Positions 27,851 through 37,837 of a stretch of DNA of 64,000 nt are shown here, one piece after another. The first letter of the stretch is position 1. Each line of letters begins with the position of its first letter. Made by a program: the position numbers and the translations under genes. The notes below the pieces were generated by a model. It saw only the letters and a list, made by a program, of their open reading frames with translations. It was not told the DNA's origin and made no database searches. Source of the DNA: Lachnospiraceae bacterium (lineage in GTDB: Bacteria > Bacillota > Clostridia > Lachnospirales > Lachnospiraceae); assembly GCA_017621075.1 (NCBI GenBank), contig JAGATV010000032.1, positions 11,382 through 75,381 on the forward strand, in the 5' to 3' direction.

Positions 27851-27904
27851 TTCACAAATTTTTCACAGAACCAACACGATTTTATGACATTTTGTCAGTA
27901 CAAT
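27851..27904 (+). promoter_or_regulatory. OmpR/PhoP-type tandem operator plus -10 box
   Basis: TTCACA, TTCACA, AACACG, ATGACA at exact 11-bp period (27851/62/73/84); TACAAT at 27899. Confidence 0.55.
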
Positions 27905-27962
27905 GTAGCCTATTAAAGTGTGGCAACAGGAGTGTAGCTGCACACAAGGAGGATAGTATGTT

Positions 27963-28991
27963 ATGATCGAAGTTACGAATCTGACAAAAAAATATGGCGA
28001 CCATGTAGCCGTAGATCATCTTTCCTTTCAGGTAGAAAAGGGGCAGATCTACGGTTTCCTGGGGCCTAACGGTGCAGGAAAATCTACGACCATGAATATG
28101 ATCACAGGTTATCTTGCGGCTACGGAAGGCACTGTGACCATTGACGGCAAGGATGTGCAGAAGGACCCGGAGGAGGCCAAGAAGTGCGTGGGCTATCTGC
28201 CGGAGCTTCCGCCTCTTTATGTGGACATGACAGTGGAAGAATACCTGAAATTTGTGGCACAGTTAAAGAAGGTGCCCAAGGCGGAGCAGAAGAAGCAGGT
28301 GGAGGAGGTCATGGAGATGACCCGGATCACCGATATGCGGGGCCGTCTGATCAAGAACCTGTCCAAGGGCTACAGACAGAGAGTAGGTCTGGCACAGGCA
28401 ATCTTAGGGTATCCCCCGGTCATTATCCTGGATGAGCCCACGGTGGGTCTGGACCCTAAGCAGATCATAGAGATCCGTGATCTGATCCGGAAGCTTGGTG
28501 AGAACCATACGATCATCTTAAGCTCCCACATCCTGTCGGAAGTAAGTGCAGTGTGTGACCACATCATGATCATTTCCCACGGAAAGCTGGTTGCCAGTGA
28601 CTCACCGGAAGGCTTGCAGAAGCTCATGAGCGGTTCTGCCCAGTTGGAGCTCACCGTAAAAGGTGATTTTGCTGCAGTTAAGAGCGTGATCGAAGGCTTG
28701 CCGGAAGTGGATATGGTGGAAAACCTGGAAAGCGACCAGGAGGGCTGTGTAAAAGTCAGAGTGATTTCCGGTGAGAATGTGGATATCCGGGAAGAAGTTT
28801 TTTATGGGCTGGCGGAGAAGAAACTGCCTATCATGGAAATGATCCACAAAGAGAAGTCGCTGGAAGATATCTTCTTAGAGTTGACGCAGGATGTGGCACA
28901 AGAAGATGCCGTGGAGAGTGTGGATGCCGGACAGACGGCGGATTCCGAGCAGGAAGAAAAGGAGGAAACGGAAGATGTCAGCAATTTATAA
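27963..28991 (+). CDS. ABC transporter ATP-binding protein (GldA-like)
   Basis: GPNGAGKS, LSKGYRQ, ILDEPT. Confidence 0.92.
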   Translation: MIEVTNLTKKYGDHVAVDHLSFQVEKGQIYGFLGPNGAGKSTTMNMITGYLAATEGTVTIDGKDVQKDPEEAKKCVGYLPELPPLYVDMTVEEYLKFVAQLKKVPKAEQKKQVEEVMEMTRITDMRGRLIKNLSKGYRQRVGLAQAILGYPPVIILDEPTVGLDPKQIIEIRDLIRKLGENHTIILSSHILSEVSAVCDHIMIISHGKLVASDSPEGLQKLMSGSAQLELTVKGDFAAVKSVIEGLPEVDMVENLESDQEGCVKVRVISGENVDIREEVFYGLAEKKLPIMEMIHKEKSLEDIFLELTQDVAQEDAVESVDAGQTADSEQEEKEETEDVSNL

Positions 28992-31086
28992 GAGAGAATT
29001 ACAGTCCTATTTCCGTTCTTTCATAGGGTTCCTATTTATAGCAGTGACCCTGTTCTTTATTGGGTTATACTTCAGTGTCTACAACATACTGAGCGGCTCC
29101 CCTTACTTTTCTTATGCGGTGGCCGGCGTGATCTCCGTATTTTTGATCAGTGTGCCCATTCTGACCATGCGTATCCTGGCTGAGGAAAAACACAACAAGA
29201 CAGATCAGCTGATCCTGACGGCACCTGTGTCTGTGGGCGGCATTGTCATGGGGAAATTTTTGGCGCTGCTCACCATTTTTGCCATCCCTGTGGCAATTAT
29301 CTGCATATACCCTCTTATCATGAGCCGTTTTGGAACGGTGCCCATGGGCGAGGCGTATCTTGCCATCCTGGCATATTTTTTGTTTGGCATGACGGCCATC
29401 GCCATCGGACTTTTGATCTCCTCCCTGACCGAGAGCCAGGTGATTGCGGCGGTGCTGGGATTTGCCGTGCTGTTTTTGGGATATATGATGAGTTCCATAT
29501 GCAGTGTGATCTCCACCACCGGCAATCTGGTGACTAAAATTTTGGGATGCTTTGATCTGTATACGCCCTTTGCCAATCTGTTGGAAGGAACCTTGAATGT
29601 GGGCTCCGTGGTATACTTTGTATCTCTGACAGCGCTGGTGCTGTTCCTCACGGTACAATCCATCCAGAAGAGGCGTTACAGTGTATCTGTAAAGAATTTC
29701 AGCATCGGCGCCTACAGCACGGGAATGATTGCTGTAGCCGTAGGAATCGTCATCGTAGTCAATATCATTTTGGGGGAAATGCCTTCCACCTGGACGGCTA
29801 TCGATCTCACCGGTCAGAAGCTGTACTCCCTGACGGACCAGACCAAGGAATTCGTAAGCAATATGCAGGAGGATGTCACCATCTATGTGCTGGCTAACGA
29901 AGACAGCCAGGACACCACCCTGAAGCAGACCCTGCAAAGATATGATGATCTGTCCGACCACATTACCGTGGAGTGTGTGGACCCTGCCGTAAATCCCATG
30001 TTCTACACGAAATACACTACCGGAAACATCAGCAGCAACAGTCTGATCGTAGTCAGTGATAAGCGCAGTAAAGTCATCGATTACAGCAATATTTATGAAA
30101 GCAGCTTTGACTATACGACTTACAGTACTACCACCACAGGCTATGACGGGGAAGGGCAGATCACCAGTGCTCTGGATTATGTATTGTCCCAGGATATGCC
30201 CAAGATGTATCTGACAACAGGACATGGGGAATATGGTTTCAGTTCCACCTTCAGTTCTGCCCTGAACAAAGAGAATGTGGAATATGAGACCGTGAATCTG
30301 ATGGAGCTGGAGGCTGTGCCGGAGGATGCGGCCTGCCTGTTCATCAACGGAGCTGTAAAGGATTTTTCCAATGATGATATCGGCAAAGTGAAAGCTTATC
30401 TGGAGAAAGGCGGCAAGGTGGTCCTGGTGATCGGTTATACCGAGGAAGACACTCCAAATCTGGACTCCCTGCTTGCTGATATGGGCATGTATACCGCAGA
30501 AGGACTGGTCATCGATCAGACAGAGAAAAACTATTATGTAAGCCCTTATTACCTTCTGCCTACCCAGAGTGCATCTGCCTACACTTCCGGATTGTACGGC
30601 AAGTATTATATATTTGCGCCCTACAGCCAGGGTATTGTCATCGAAGATCCGGACAGGGAGGATATTACTTATGATATCTTCTTAAGCACTTCTGACAGTG
30701 CCTTTTCCAAGACCGGACAGTTGAATGCGGAGGACTTTGACAAAGGAGCGGAAGATATCGACGGGCCTTTTGCTATTGGCGTAGAGGCAGTGAAGCCTTT
30801 GGAGGAAGGGGAAGCGGTGCTGGTTGCTTACGGCTGTGAGCAGATCTTTACAGATGAGGCCAATCAAATGGTCAGCGGTGCCAACCAGATGCTCTTTACC
30901 AATACGGTCAGCGGTTTTGTGGATCATGAGATCAGTGTATCCATCCCCGTAAAGAGTTATGAGGTCTCTACACTGACCGTCACTCAGGCTGATATTGTAT
31001 GGATTGCCTTGATCACTGTTATCCTGATGCCGGTGGGCTGTCTCATAGCAGGCTTCGTGATCTGGTTCAGAAGGAGGAGAAGATAA
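28975..31086 (+). CDS. Fused ABC-2 permease + GldG-like auxiliary domain
   Basis: KRELQSYF, EEKHNKTDQLILTAP, DLTGQKLYSL, YLTTGHGE. Confidence 0.88.
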   Translation: MSAIYKRELQSYFRSFIGFLFIAVTLFFIGLYFSVYNILSGSPYFSYAVAGVISVFLISVPILTMRILAEEKHNKTDQLILTAPVSVGGIVMGKFLALLTIFAIPVAIICIYPLIMSRFGTVPMGEAYLAILAYFLFGMTAIAIGLLISSLTESQVIAAVLGFAVLFLGYMMSSICSVISTTGNLVTKILGCFDLYTPFANLLEGTLNVGSVVYFVSLTALVLFLTVQSIQKRRYSVSVKNFSIGAYSTGMIAVAVGIVIVVNIILGEMPSTWTAIDLTGQKLYSLTDQTKEFVSNMQEDVTIYVLANEDSQDTTLKQTLQRYDDLSDHITVECVDPAVNPMFYTKYTTGNISSNSLIVVSDKRSKVIDYSNIYESSFDYTTYSTTTTGYDGEGQITSALDYVLSQDMPKMYLTTGHGEYGFSSTFSSALNKENVEYETVNLMELEAVPEDAACLFINGAVKDFSNDDIGKVKAYLEKGGKVVLVIGYTEEDTPNLDSLLADMGMYTAEGLVIDQTEKNYYVSPYYLLPTQSASAYTSGLYGKYYIFAPYSQGIVIEDPDREDITYDIFLSTSDSAFSKTGQLNAEDFDKGAEDIDGPFAIGVEAVKPLEEGEAVLVAYGCEQIFTDEANQMVSGANQMLFTNTVSGFVDHEISVSIPVKSYEVSTLTVTQADIVWIALITVILMPVGCLIAGFVIWFRRRRR

Positions 31087-31625
31087 TGAGAAAGCAGCAA
31101 AAACAGTTGATCGGCCTCATTGCGGTACTGCTGATACTGGCGGCAGCTTTCCTGGGATTGAGACAGTACAATCAGAAGCAGAGCGAAGACGCAGGAGAGG
31201 AAGCAGAAGTCCTTTTTTCGGTGAACAAGGATACTGTCCGGCACATCAATTACGATTATCAGGGAGAGAATTATACCTTTGAAAAGGAAGAGGATGTCTG
31301 GTATTGTGCAAATGACCGTAATTTAAGCCTGAATCAGACCAGTATGGGTGCCATGGCTGCAAGGCTGGCCCAGATGAATATTGTAAATACCATTGAGAAC
31401 GTTGCAGATATGTCTCAGTATGGACTGGATCAGGATTACCGGACGCTGACCTTCGAGACGGACACGGAAAGCTATGCCTTATGGATCGGTGATTACAACG
31501 ACATGCTGGATGTGTATTATGTATGCAGGCCCGGTGAAAGTACCGTTTACACTCTTTCCGGGCAGGCGGTGAATTGTTTCGGGCGCACGCCGGAGGATCT
31601 TAAGAGTACGGAAGAAGCGTCATAA
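31086..31625 (+). CDS. DUF4340-like membrane-anchored protein
   Basis: N-terminal TM, MSQYGLD, LWIGD; usual position after GldG. Confidence 0.75.
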   Translation: MRKQQKQLIGLIAVLLILAAAFLGLRQYNQKQSEDAGEEAEVLFSVNKDTVRHINYDYQGENYTFEKEEDVWYCANDRNLSLNQTSMGAMAARLAQMNIVNTIENVADMSQYGLDQDYRTLTFETDTESYALWIGDYNDMLDVYYVCRPGESTVYTLSGQAVNCFGRTPEDLKSTEEAS

Positions 31626-31635
31626 GAGTTTATCT

Positions 31636-31672
31636 AAAACGGCGGTCCCCGGAAAGGGAACCGCCGTTTTTT
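31636..31672. terminator. Bidirectional intrinsic terminator
   Basis: aaaacggcggt..ccc-ggaaa-ggg..accgccgtttttt. Confidence 0.8.
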
Positions 31673-31690
31673 ATTGTTTAAAAAATGCTC

Positions 31691-33778
31691 TTACACACGG
31701 AATCTGGCGATCAGGGATTTCAGTGTGGAAAGATTTGTCTCGCTTTCCCGCAGATGATCGTAACCCTGCATGGTCTTGGCAACGGCTTCCGTGGATTTCT
31801 CGGCAATGAGATTGACCCCCTGTGTGGATTCCGAAATAGTATCATTGACATTTTCAATGGTGGCAGCGATGCTGTTGATCTTGTTGTCCAGATCGGATAT
31901 CTGGGAATAGATTTCCTGCATAGAGTCTGTGAAGGCCTTGGCATCTTCCTCATAGCGCTGTCCTACCTGTGTAAAGGAGGTGTAGTCGGATACAACTGTC
32001 TGTTCCAGGAAGTCCATGATGACCCGGATGCAGTCTGTCATATTGATGACTGCGCTGTTTACTTCCTTTACGATCTGATTGATCCCGTCCACAGTCTGGA
32101 AGGTTTCGTTTGCCAGGGAACCGATTTCCGTAGCCACCACGGCAAATCCTCTTCCGGCATCACCCGCTCTTGCCGCTTCAATATTTGCATTGAGCGCCAG
32201 CAGGTTAGTCTGGGAGGAGATGCTGCGGATATTGTCAGTCAGCTCATTGATCTTTTCAACCACTTTGGATTGTTCCACAGCTTCCTGCGTCCTGACTTTC
32301 ATGGAAGCATAGATTTCCATGGCCTTGTCATTGGATGCTGCAGTGGTATCACGAAGTTTGCGGGCCCGTTCCATGATCTTGGCAGATTCCTGCTGTTCCC
32401 GTTCTGACAGGGAACGGATGTCTGTGACATTATCCTGGATGGCGTTGATGTTGCTTACGATCATGGTGGTACTGGCAGTGGTCTCCTGCATGCCTGCGGC
32501 CAGCTCCTGGGTAGTAGCGGAATTGTCCTCGGAGATGGCATTATTTTCTTTCATCACATCATCCAACAGATTCATGTTGCCGGTAAGGCAGTCTTTGATC
32601 TGTTCCATATTGGCGATCACATCCCGGAGAACATTCTGCATCTCGTTGACAGCCGTGGCCATAACGCCGGTCTCATCCTTTTTCTTCATGAGAGTCTCCA
32701 AAGAGGACTCCTTGTGGAAGTCTAAAAGGGAGGTCTTCTTGATGATCCCCGTGATCTTTTTGATGGGATCTGCAATGGTGCTGCTGATAATGATACCCAG
32801 CACAATGGCAATGATGATACCTACAGTTAAGAAGCCCCATATCTGCAAGGACAATTTGTCTGCATGGGCAGTGATCTCATCAAGAGGGGCAGTCAGTACC
32901 AGCTTCATGCCATTGTCCAACCGGGAAAATGTCAGATATTTATCTGTGCCGTTGTAGGAATATTTCAGGGTGGTTCCCTCGTTGGAGGGCTCTGCCAGGA
33001 AGTCCTTTATGGCTTTCAATTCCCCGTTATTGTATTCTGCCAGGTCGGTGCCGGTGGGAATCTCCCTGTGATACAGGACGGAACCGCTTTCACTGACCAC
33101 AAAGGAATAACCGCTTTCAAATGCGGAGGCACGATCTGCATAATCGGTGATCCGGCTAAAATCAATATCCATGCCCAGGATGCCCACAGAAGTTCCGTTC
33201 ACATAAAGAGGCACCACATAAGAGATCATATATACATTGATATTTTCATTCAGGTAAGGGTCCATCCAGATGGGCGCTTTGTTGGCAACAGGTATATAAT
33301 ACCAACCTACATGGGCGAGATCATCCTTTTCATACATACTAAAATCCGTGGGGGTGACACTGTCGAAAGAAGACTGTGTATCCGCCCTGGTGAGAAAGAT
33401 CCCGGAGGTAGGATCTGTAAAATCCGGATTATAGCGGATGTAGGAGCAGATCGTGCCTTCGGTATGTTCCGAAAACTTATAAAAGTCATTGAGCAGCCCT
33501 TCCGTATATTGGGACACATAAGTATCATTGTTCTTGAACTGCGAGAACTCCAACTGGCTGAGTGCAATGTCGGAAAGTGTATTCACAGACTGTTCGACCC
33601 TGGAAACCATAGCGTTGATCTCCCCTGCAGTATTGTTACAGGTCAGGGTCAGTTCCTTTTCGGCGTCGGTGACCGACAGATCCCTGGAGTTTGAGATGCT
33701 GAGCAGACTGATGACTACGGCAGAGATCAGGGAACAGAAAACAATGGCAACAGTAATCTTTGTTTTAATGGATTTCAA
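31691..33778 (-). CDS. Methyl-accepting chemotaxis protein (dCache + HAMP)
   Basis: Two TM, WYY..W.DPY Cache motif, [16 protein letters not shown]; TTG start with AGGAGG. Confidence 0.93.
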   Translation of the reverse strand: MKSIKTKITVAIVFCSLISAVVISLLSISNSRDLSVTDAEKELTLTCNNTAGEINAMVSRVEQSVNTLSDIALSQLEFSQFKNNDTYVSQYTEGLLNDFYKFSEHTEGTICSYIRYNPDFTDPTSGIFLTRADTQSSFDSVTPTDFSMYEKDDLAHVGWYYIPVANKAPIWMDPYLNENINVYMISYVVPLYVNGTSVGILGMDIDFSRITDYADRASAFESGYSFVVSESGSVLYHREIPTGTDLAEYNNGELKAIKDFLAEPSNEGTTLKYSYNGTDKYLTFSRLDNGMKLVLTAPLDEITAHADKLSLQIWGFLTVGIIIAIVLGIIISSTIADPIKKITGIIKKTSLLDFHKESSLETLMKKKDETGVMATAVNEMQNVLRDVIANMEQIKDCLTGNMNLLDDVMKENNAISEDNSATTQELAAGMQETTASTTMIVSNINAIQDNVTDIRSLSEREQQESAKIMERARKLRDTTAASNDKAMEIYASMKVRTQEAVEQSKVVEKINELTDNIRSISSQTNLLALNANIEAARAGDAGRGFAVVATEIGSLANETFQTVDGINQIVKEVNSAVINMTDCIRVIMDFLEQTVVSDYTSFTQVGQRYEEDAKAFTDSMQEIYSQISDLDNKINSIAATIENVNDTISESTQGVNLIAEKSTEAVAKTMQGYDHLRESETNLSTLKSLIARFRV

Positions 33779-33852
33779 ATGGATCTCCTCCTTTTTGAAA
33801 AATTCTCTTTATCAACATTATAATAGATGATACAAGACACAACAACTCAAAA

Positions 33853-33886
33853 TTCGACAAATTACACATTTTTTCAAGATGTCGGA
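33853..33886. promoter_or_regulatory. Spo0A-box candidates between divergent promoters
   Basis: TTCGACA (=TGTCGAA) 33853-59; TGTCGGA 33880-86; flanked by sigma-A-like promoters on both strands. Confidence 0.45.
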
Positions 33887-33988
33887 AACGGCGCTTCTTG
33901 CGTTATGGCTTTTGTCCATGTATAATAAAGGATGTGTGAACAAACTACACGCAGGATAAGTGGAATAAGCCTGCAGAATGGAGAACAA

Positions 33989-35182
33989 ATGGAAAGAAGA
34001 GTCGGAACTGTTTCAAGAGGTATTCGCGGACCTATCATCCGCGAGGGAGACAATCTGGTGGAGATCACAGTCGACAGTGTATTGGGCGCAGCCGAGAGCG
34101 AAGGCTTTGAACTCCGGGACAGAGATGTTATTGCACTGACGGAGTCCATCGTTGCCAGGGCACAGGGCAATTATGCAACGGTGCAGGATATTGCCGCAGA
34201 TGTAAAGGCAAAATTGGGAGGAGAGACTGTCGGAGTCATTTTCCCTATTTTGTCCCGCAATCGTTTTGCCATCAATTTGAAGGGGATTGCAATGGGCTGT
34301 AAAAAAGTTGTTCTGATGTTAAGCTACCCCAGTGATGAGGTGGGAAATGCCCTGTTGACTTATGACCAGTTGGATGCGGCCGGGATCAATCCTTATTCCG
34401 ATGTTCTGACCTTAGAAAGATACAGAGAATTATTTGGTGAAAACAAGCATGAGTTCACCGGGGTGGACTATGTGCAGTATTATTCTGATATTATCACAGA
34501 GGCAGGTGCCAAGGTGGAGGTAGTCTTTGCGAATCAGGCAAAAACGATCCTGGATTATACCGATTGCATTATTAACTGTGACATCCACACAAGAGTCCGC
34601 ACCAAGCGTATCTTAAGAGAGGCGGGTGCAAAGGTGGTCTGTGGTCTGGATGATATCCTGACAGCTCCCGTGAACGGAAGCGGTTTCAATGAAAAGTATG
34701 GACTGCTGGGTTCCAATAAGTCTACTGAGGATAAGATCAAGCTGTTTCCCAAGGAGTGCAGGCAGTTGGTGCTGGATATCCAGTCTGAGATCCTCAAAAA
34801 GACCGGTAAGCATGTGGAAGTCATGGTTTACGGCGATGGCGCCTTCAAGGATCCCCAGGGCAAGATCTGGGAACTGGCGGACCCGGTAGTTTCTCCCGCT
34901 TTTACTGACGGATTGATCGGCACGCCCAACGAACTGAAGCTGAAATACCTGGCAGACAATGATTTTGCCAATTTGAGCGGTGCTGCCCTGAAAGAAGCTA
35001 TTTCCAACAGTATCAGGACCAAGCAGGACAATCTGGTAGGAAACATGGCGTCCCAGGGTACGACACCCAGACAGCTGACGGATCTGATCGGGTCCTTGTG
35101 CGATCTGACCTCCGGCTCCGGCGACAAGGGCACACCTATCATCCTGATCCAGGGATATTTTGACAATTTCACAACAGAATGA
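33989..35182 (+). CDS. Coenzyme F420-0:L-glutamate ligase-like protein
   Basis: RGIRGPIIREGD, TESIVARAQG, DLTSGSGDKGTP. Confidence 0.8.
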   Translation: MERRVGTVSRGIRGPIIREGDNLVEITVDSVLGAAESEGFELRDRDVIALTESIVARAQGNYATVQDIAADVKAKLGGETVGVIFPILSRNRFAINLKGIAMGCKKVVLMLSYPSDEVGNALLTYDQLDAAGINPYSDVLTLERYRELFGENKHEFTGVDYVQYYSDIITEAGAKVEVVFANQAKTILDYTDCIINCDIHTRVRTKRILREAGAKVVCGLDDILTAPVNGSGFNEKYGLLGSNKSTEDKIKLFPKECRQLVLDIQSEILKKTGKHVEVMVYGDGAFKDPQGKIWELADPVVSPAFTDGLIGTPNELKLKYLADNDFANLSGAALKEAISNSIRTKQDNLVGNMASQGTTPRQLTDLIGSLCDLTSGSGDKGTPIILIQGYFDNFTTE

Positions 35183-35220
35183 TCGTAGGCCGCCGGAAGG
35201 GGACCGGAAATAGGAGAAGA

Positions 35221-35259
35221 AAGAACTGCTGCTTTATGAGAAATAAGGCGGCAGTTTTT
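35221..35259 (+). terminator. Intrinsic terminator
   Basis: aactgctgctttat/ataaggcggcagtt + T run. Confidence 0.75.
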
Positions 35260-35265
35260 GTGTAT

Positions 35266-35339
35266 TAAATGTTTTTCAATATGAAATTATCGAAAAACGA
35301 TAAAAATATATTGACAATCAAATTTTGGAGTGCTATAGT
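35266..35339 (+). promoter_or_regulatory. Palindromic operator(s) and sigma-A promoter of DUF2975-HTH operon
   Basis: TTATCG-AAAAA-CGATAA (35287-35303) plus degenerate upstream copy; TTGACA-N17-TATAGT (35311-35339). Confidence 0.65.
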
Positions 35340-35414
35340 GGCATTACAGGAAAAGTACCGCAGAGGAAAAAGGGTCCCGTCGGTACTGCACATAACGAAA
35401 TGAGGGAATCATAA

Positions 35415-35882
35415 ATGGAAAGAGACATTGCTGCAAGAAAACAATCATTGACCAGGTGGACAAAATATTTACTGGATTTTATGTTCTATGCAGGAATCCT
35501 GGTGACGGCCAGTCTGCCCTTCAGCATCAAGTGGCTGGGACGGTATCTGCCCCGCTTTTTGGAAAATTATGAGGAGATCGTGATCATCTATTTTGTCCTG
35601 GGCATATCGGCCCTTATCCTGATCCGGGAATTGCGCAGGATCTTCAAGACGGTTCTGGAAGAGAACTGCTTCGTGATGGAAAATGTGGTCAGCCTCCGCA
35701 AGATGGGCAACTGGAGCTTTTTCATCGCCTTGATGAGCATTGTCCGCAGCATCGTCTACATGACCATAGCAATGGCGGTAGTGATCCTGGTATTTGTGAT
35801 TGCGGGACTGTTCAGCAAGGTCTTGGCGCTGGTCTTTGAGGAAGCGGTCCGCTATAAAGAAGAAAATGATCTGACCATATAG
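35415..35882 (+). CDS. DUF2975 membrane protein (YoaS-like)
   Basis: FVMENVVSL, EAVRYKEENDLTI C-terminus. Confidence 0.88.
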   Translation: MERDIAARKQSLTRWTKYLLDFMFYAGILVTASLPFSIKWLGRYLPRFLENYEEIVIIYFVLGISALILIRELRRIFKTVLEENCFVMENVVSLRKMGNWSFFIALMSIVRSIVYMTIAMAVVILVFVIAGLFSKVLALVFEEAVRYKEENDLTI

Positions 35883-35897
35883 AAGGAGCTTTATTCA

Positions 35898-36119
35898 ATG
35901 GGAATTGTGGTAAATCTGGATGTAATGATGGCAAAGAGGAAAAAGGGATTAACAGAGCTGGCCGGCGAAGTGGATATCACCATGGCGAATCTTTCCGTCT
36001 TAAAGAATAATAAAGCAAAAGCGGTACGGTTCTCTACCCTGGAGGCAATCTGCAAGGCTCTTGACTGCCAGCCGGGAGATATCCTGGAGTATGTACCGGA
36101 TGGAGAAGAACAATCTTGA
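35898..36119 (+). CDS. Cro/CI HTH regulator (YozG-like)
   Basis: LDVMMAKRK..ITMANLSVLK..RFSTLEAIC..CQPGDILEY. Confidence 0.92.
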   Translation: MGIVVNLDVMMAKRKKGLTELAGEVDITMANLSVLKNNKAKAVRFSTLEAICKALDCQPGDILEYVPDGEEQS

Positions 36120-36163
36120 AAGGATATGCCGATGCAGGTCGCGGCAAAGAAAGTGAGGTAAAA

Positions 36164-37828
36164 ATGGAAAATACAGATGTGAATCAGGAAATCGGTACAG
36201 CCGGGACGGCGCCCCGGTATGTTGCGGTCCCCCTCAAAAAGGAGGATACCGAATACACTAAGCGCATGAAACAGAATTTTGGATTTTTTGGGCCGGTGAC
36301 ATTTCTATATGCCTGCCTGTATGCTTTTTGTATGTTTCATAACGGTTCCGGGGTGACCTTCCCTTTTTTCATGGCAGGAAGTCTCTTGTTTTTATGCTTC
36401 TCGTTGTCAAAACTGGAGATTTCCTTGAAAAAAGGAAGCGCATTCTACATGGTGGGCATGATGCTGCTGGCGGTTTCCACCTTCTGCACGGACGACGGAC
36501 GCATCATCGCTTACAATAAAACGGGGATCTTTTTGCTGATGATGAGTCTTTTACTGAAACAGTTTTTTGACACAAGCCGGTGGCAGCTTGGAAAATATCT
36601 GGCGGCTATCTGTGAGCTGGTGTTTGCAAGTATCGGAGAACTGGGCAGACCTTTTGCCGACATGGCGGCTTATTTTAAGAATCACAAGGACAAACAACTG
36701 GGCAAGGTCTGGTATGGTGTACTGGGAGTGGTGATCGCCATGCCCTTACTGCTGGTGGTGCTATTGCTGCTGAGCAGTGCAGACGCCGTATTCCGGGAGA
36801 TGACCAGGACATTCCTGGAAAATCTCAACCTGGCAAATATCTTTAATGTGATCGTTCGAATCGTATTCCTGTACTTTGCATCTTATCTGCTGACTGCCTA
36901 CCTGTGTAAGAGATCCATCAAAGAGGAAGTGACCGATAAGAGAAAGGGAGAGCCTGTTCTGGCCATCACCATCACGGGAATGCTGTCTGTTTTATATCTG
37001 TTGTTCAGCGGCATCCAGATCGTGTATCTGTTTTTGGGACAGATGCAGCTGCCGGAGGGTTATACCTATGCGGAATACGCCAGAGAAGGATTCTTCCAAC
37101 TGTTGGCGGTGAGCATTTTAAATCTGATCATCGTGCTGGTGGCAATGAGCCTTTTTAAAGAGAGTAAGGTATTGAAATTGGTTCTGACAGTAATGTCATT
37201 TTGCACCTTTATCATGATCGCGTCCAGCGCCTTGAGGATGATCATTTATATCCGCTATTACTACATGACTTTTTTGAGGATCCTGGTATTGTGGGCGCTT
37301 GTGCTGCTGTTCTTCCTGTTTTTGGGAGTGGTCATCAGTATCTTCTCCGGGAAATTCGGATTGTTCCGTTACAGTGTCGCAGTGGTGACCGTGCTTTATC
37401 TTCTCTTGTCTTTCAGCCACCCGGATTATATTATTGCGGCTGTGAATGTGGCCAACGCATCCTCAGAGGGGACGGATTTTGTGCGTGGGGAGGATGACTT
37501 TTTCCAGAACAGCGAGCCGTACCGGGATTTCAGCTATTTGAGCAGGCTGTCCGCAGATGCAGCTCCGGTGTTGATCCCATATATGGCCGGTCTGGGATAT
37601 GACATAGATGTCTTTGCGGAAGAGATTGGCGGGGACAGAAGCATTGTGGTTGCGGAAACGGAAAAAAGGAATGACGGCGAAAGGATCAGCCGCAGCAAAC
37701 AGTCCGGTTTTGGATATTATTATCTGGACAGTTTGAAAGAGTCCACAGAAAATTTCTCCCTGCGGACCTTCAATGTATCCCGTTACATGGCTTTGAAGCA
37801 GATCGCAAAATACAAGACCGGTTTGTGA
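36164..37828 (+). CDS. DUF4153/DUF4173 polytopic membrane protein
   Basis: LLSSADAVF, YAEYAREGFFQL, YLSRLSADA. Confidence 0.85.
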   Translation: MENTDVNQEIGTAGTAPRYVAVPLKKEDTEYTKRMKQNFGFFGPVTFLYACLYAFCMFHNGSGVTFPFFMAGSLLFLCFSLSKLEISLKKGSAFYMVGMMLLAVSTFCTDDGRIIAYNKTGIFLLMMSLLLKQFFDTSRWQLGKYLAAICELVFASIGELGRPFADMAAYFKNHKDKQLGKVWYGVLGVVIAMPLLLVVLLLLSSADAVFREMTRTFLENLNLANIFNVIVRIVFLYFASYLLTAYLCKRSIKEEVTDKRKGEPVLAITITGMLSVLYLLFSGIQIVYLFLGQMQLPEGYTYAEYAREGFFQLLAVSILNLIIVLVAMSLFKESKVLKLVLTVMSFCTFIMIASSALRMIIYIRYYYMTFLRILVLWALVLLFFLFLGVVISIFSGKFGLFRYSVAVVTVLYLLLSFSHPDYIIAAVNVANASSEGTDFVRGEDDFFQNSEPYRDFSYLSRLSADAAPVLIPYMAGLGYDIDVFAEEIGGDRSIVVAETEKRNDGERISRSKQSGFGYYYLDSLKESTENFSLRTFNVSRYMALKQIAKYKTGL

Positions 37829-37837
37829 TGGAACCGC

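Noticed and set aside
29065-30225. Long antisense ORFs (also 47875-49068, 10603-11448, 32864-33694, 39939-40871)
   Set aside because: They lie opposite well-supported genes, have no motifs or RBS, and are explained by codon bias.
27963-31625. Gliding motility (Gld) machinery
   Set aside because: Only ABC-type homologues are present; these are widespread in non-gliding Firmicutes.
35353-35388. Hairpin agtaccg..cggtact in the DUF2975 leader as a riboswitch
   Set aside because: Single stem, no recognisable aptamer or terminator.
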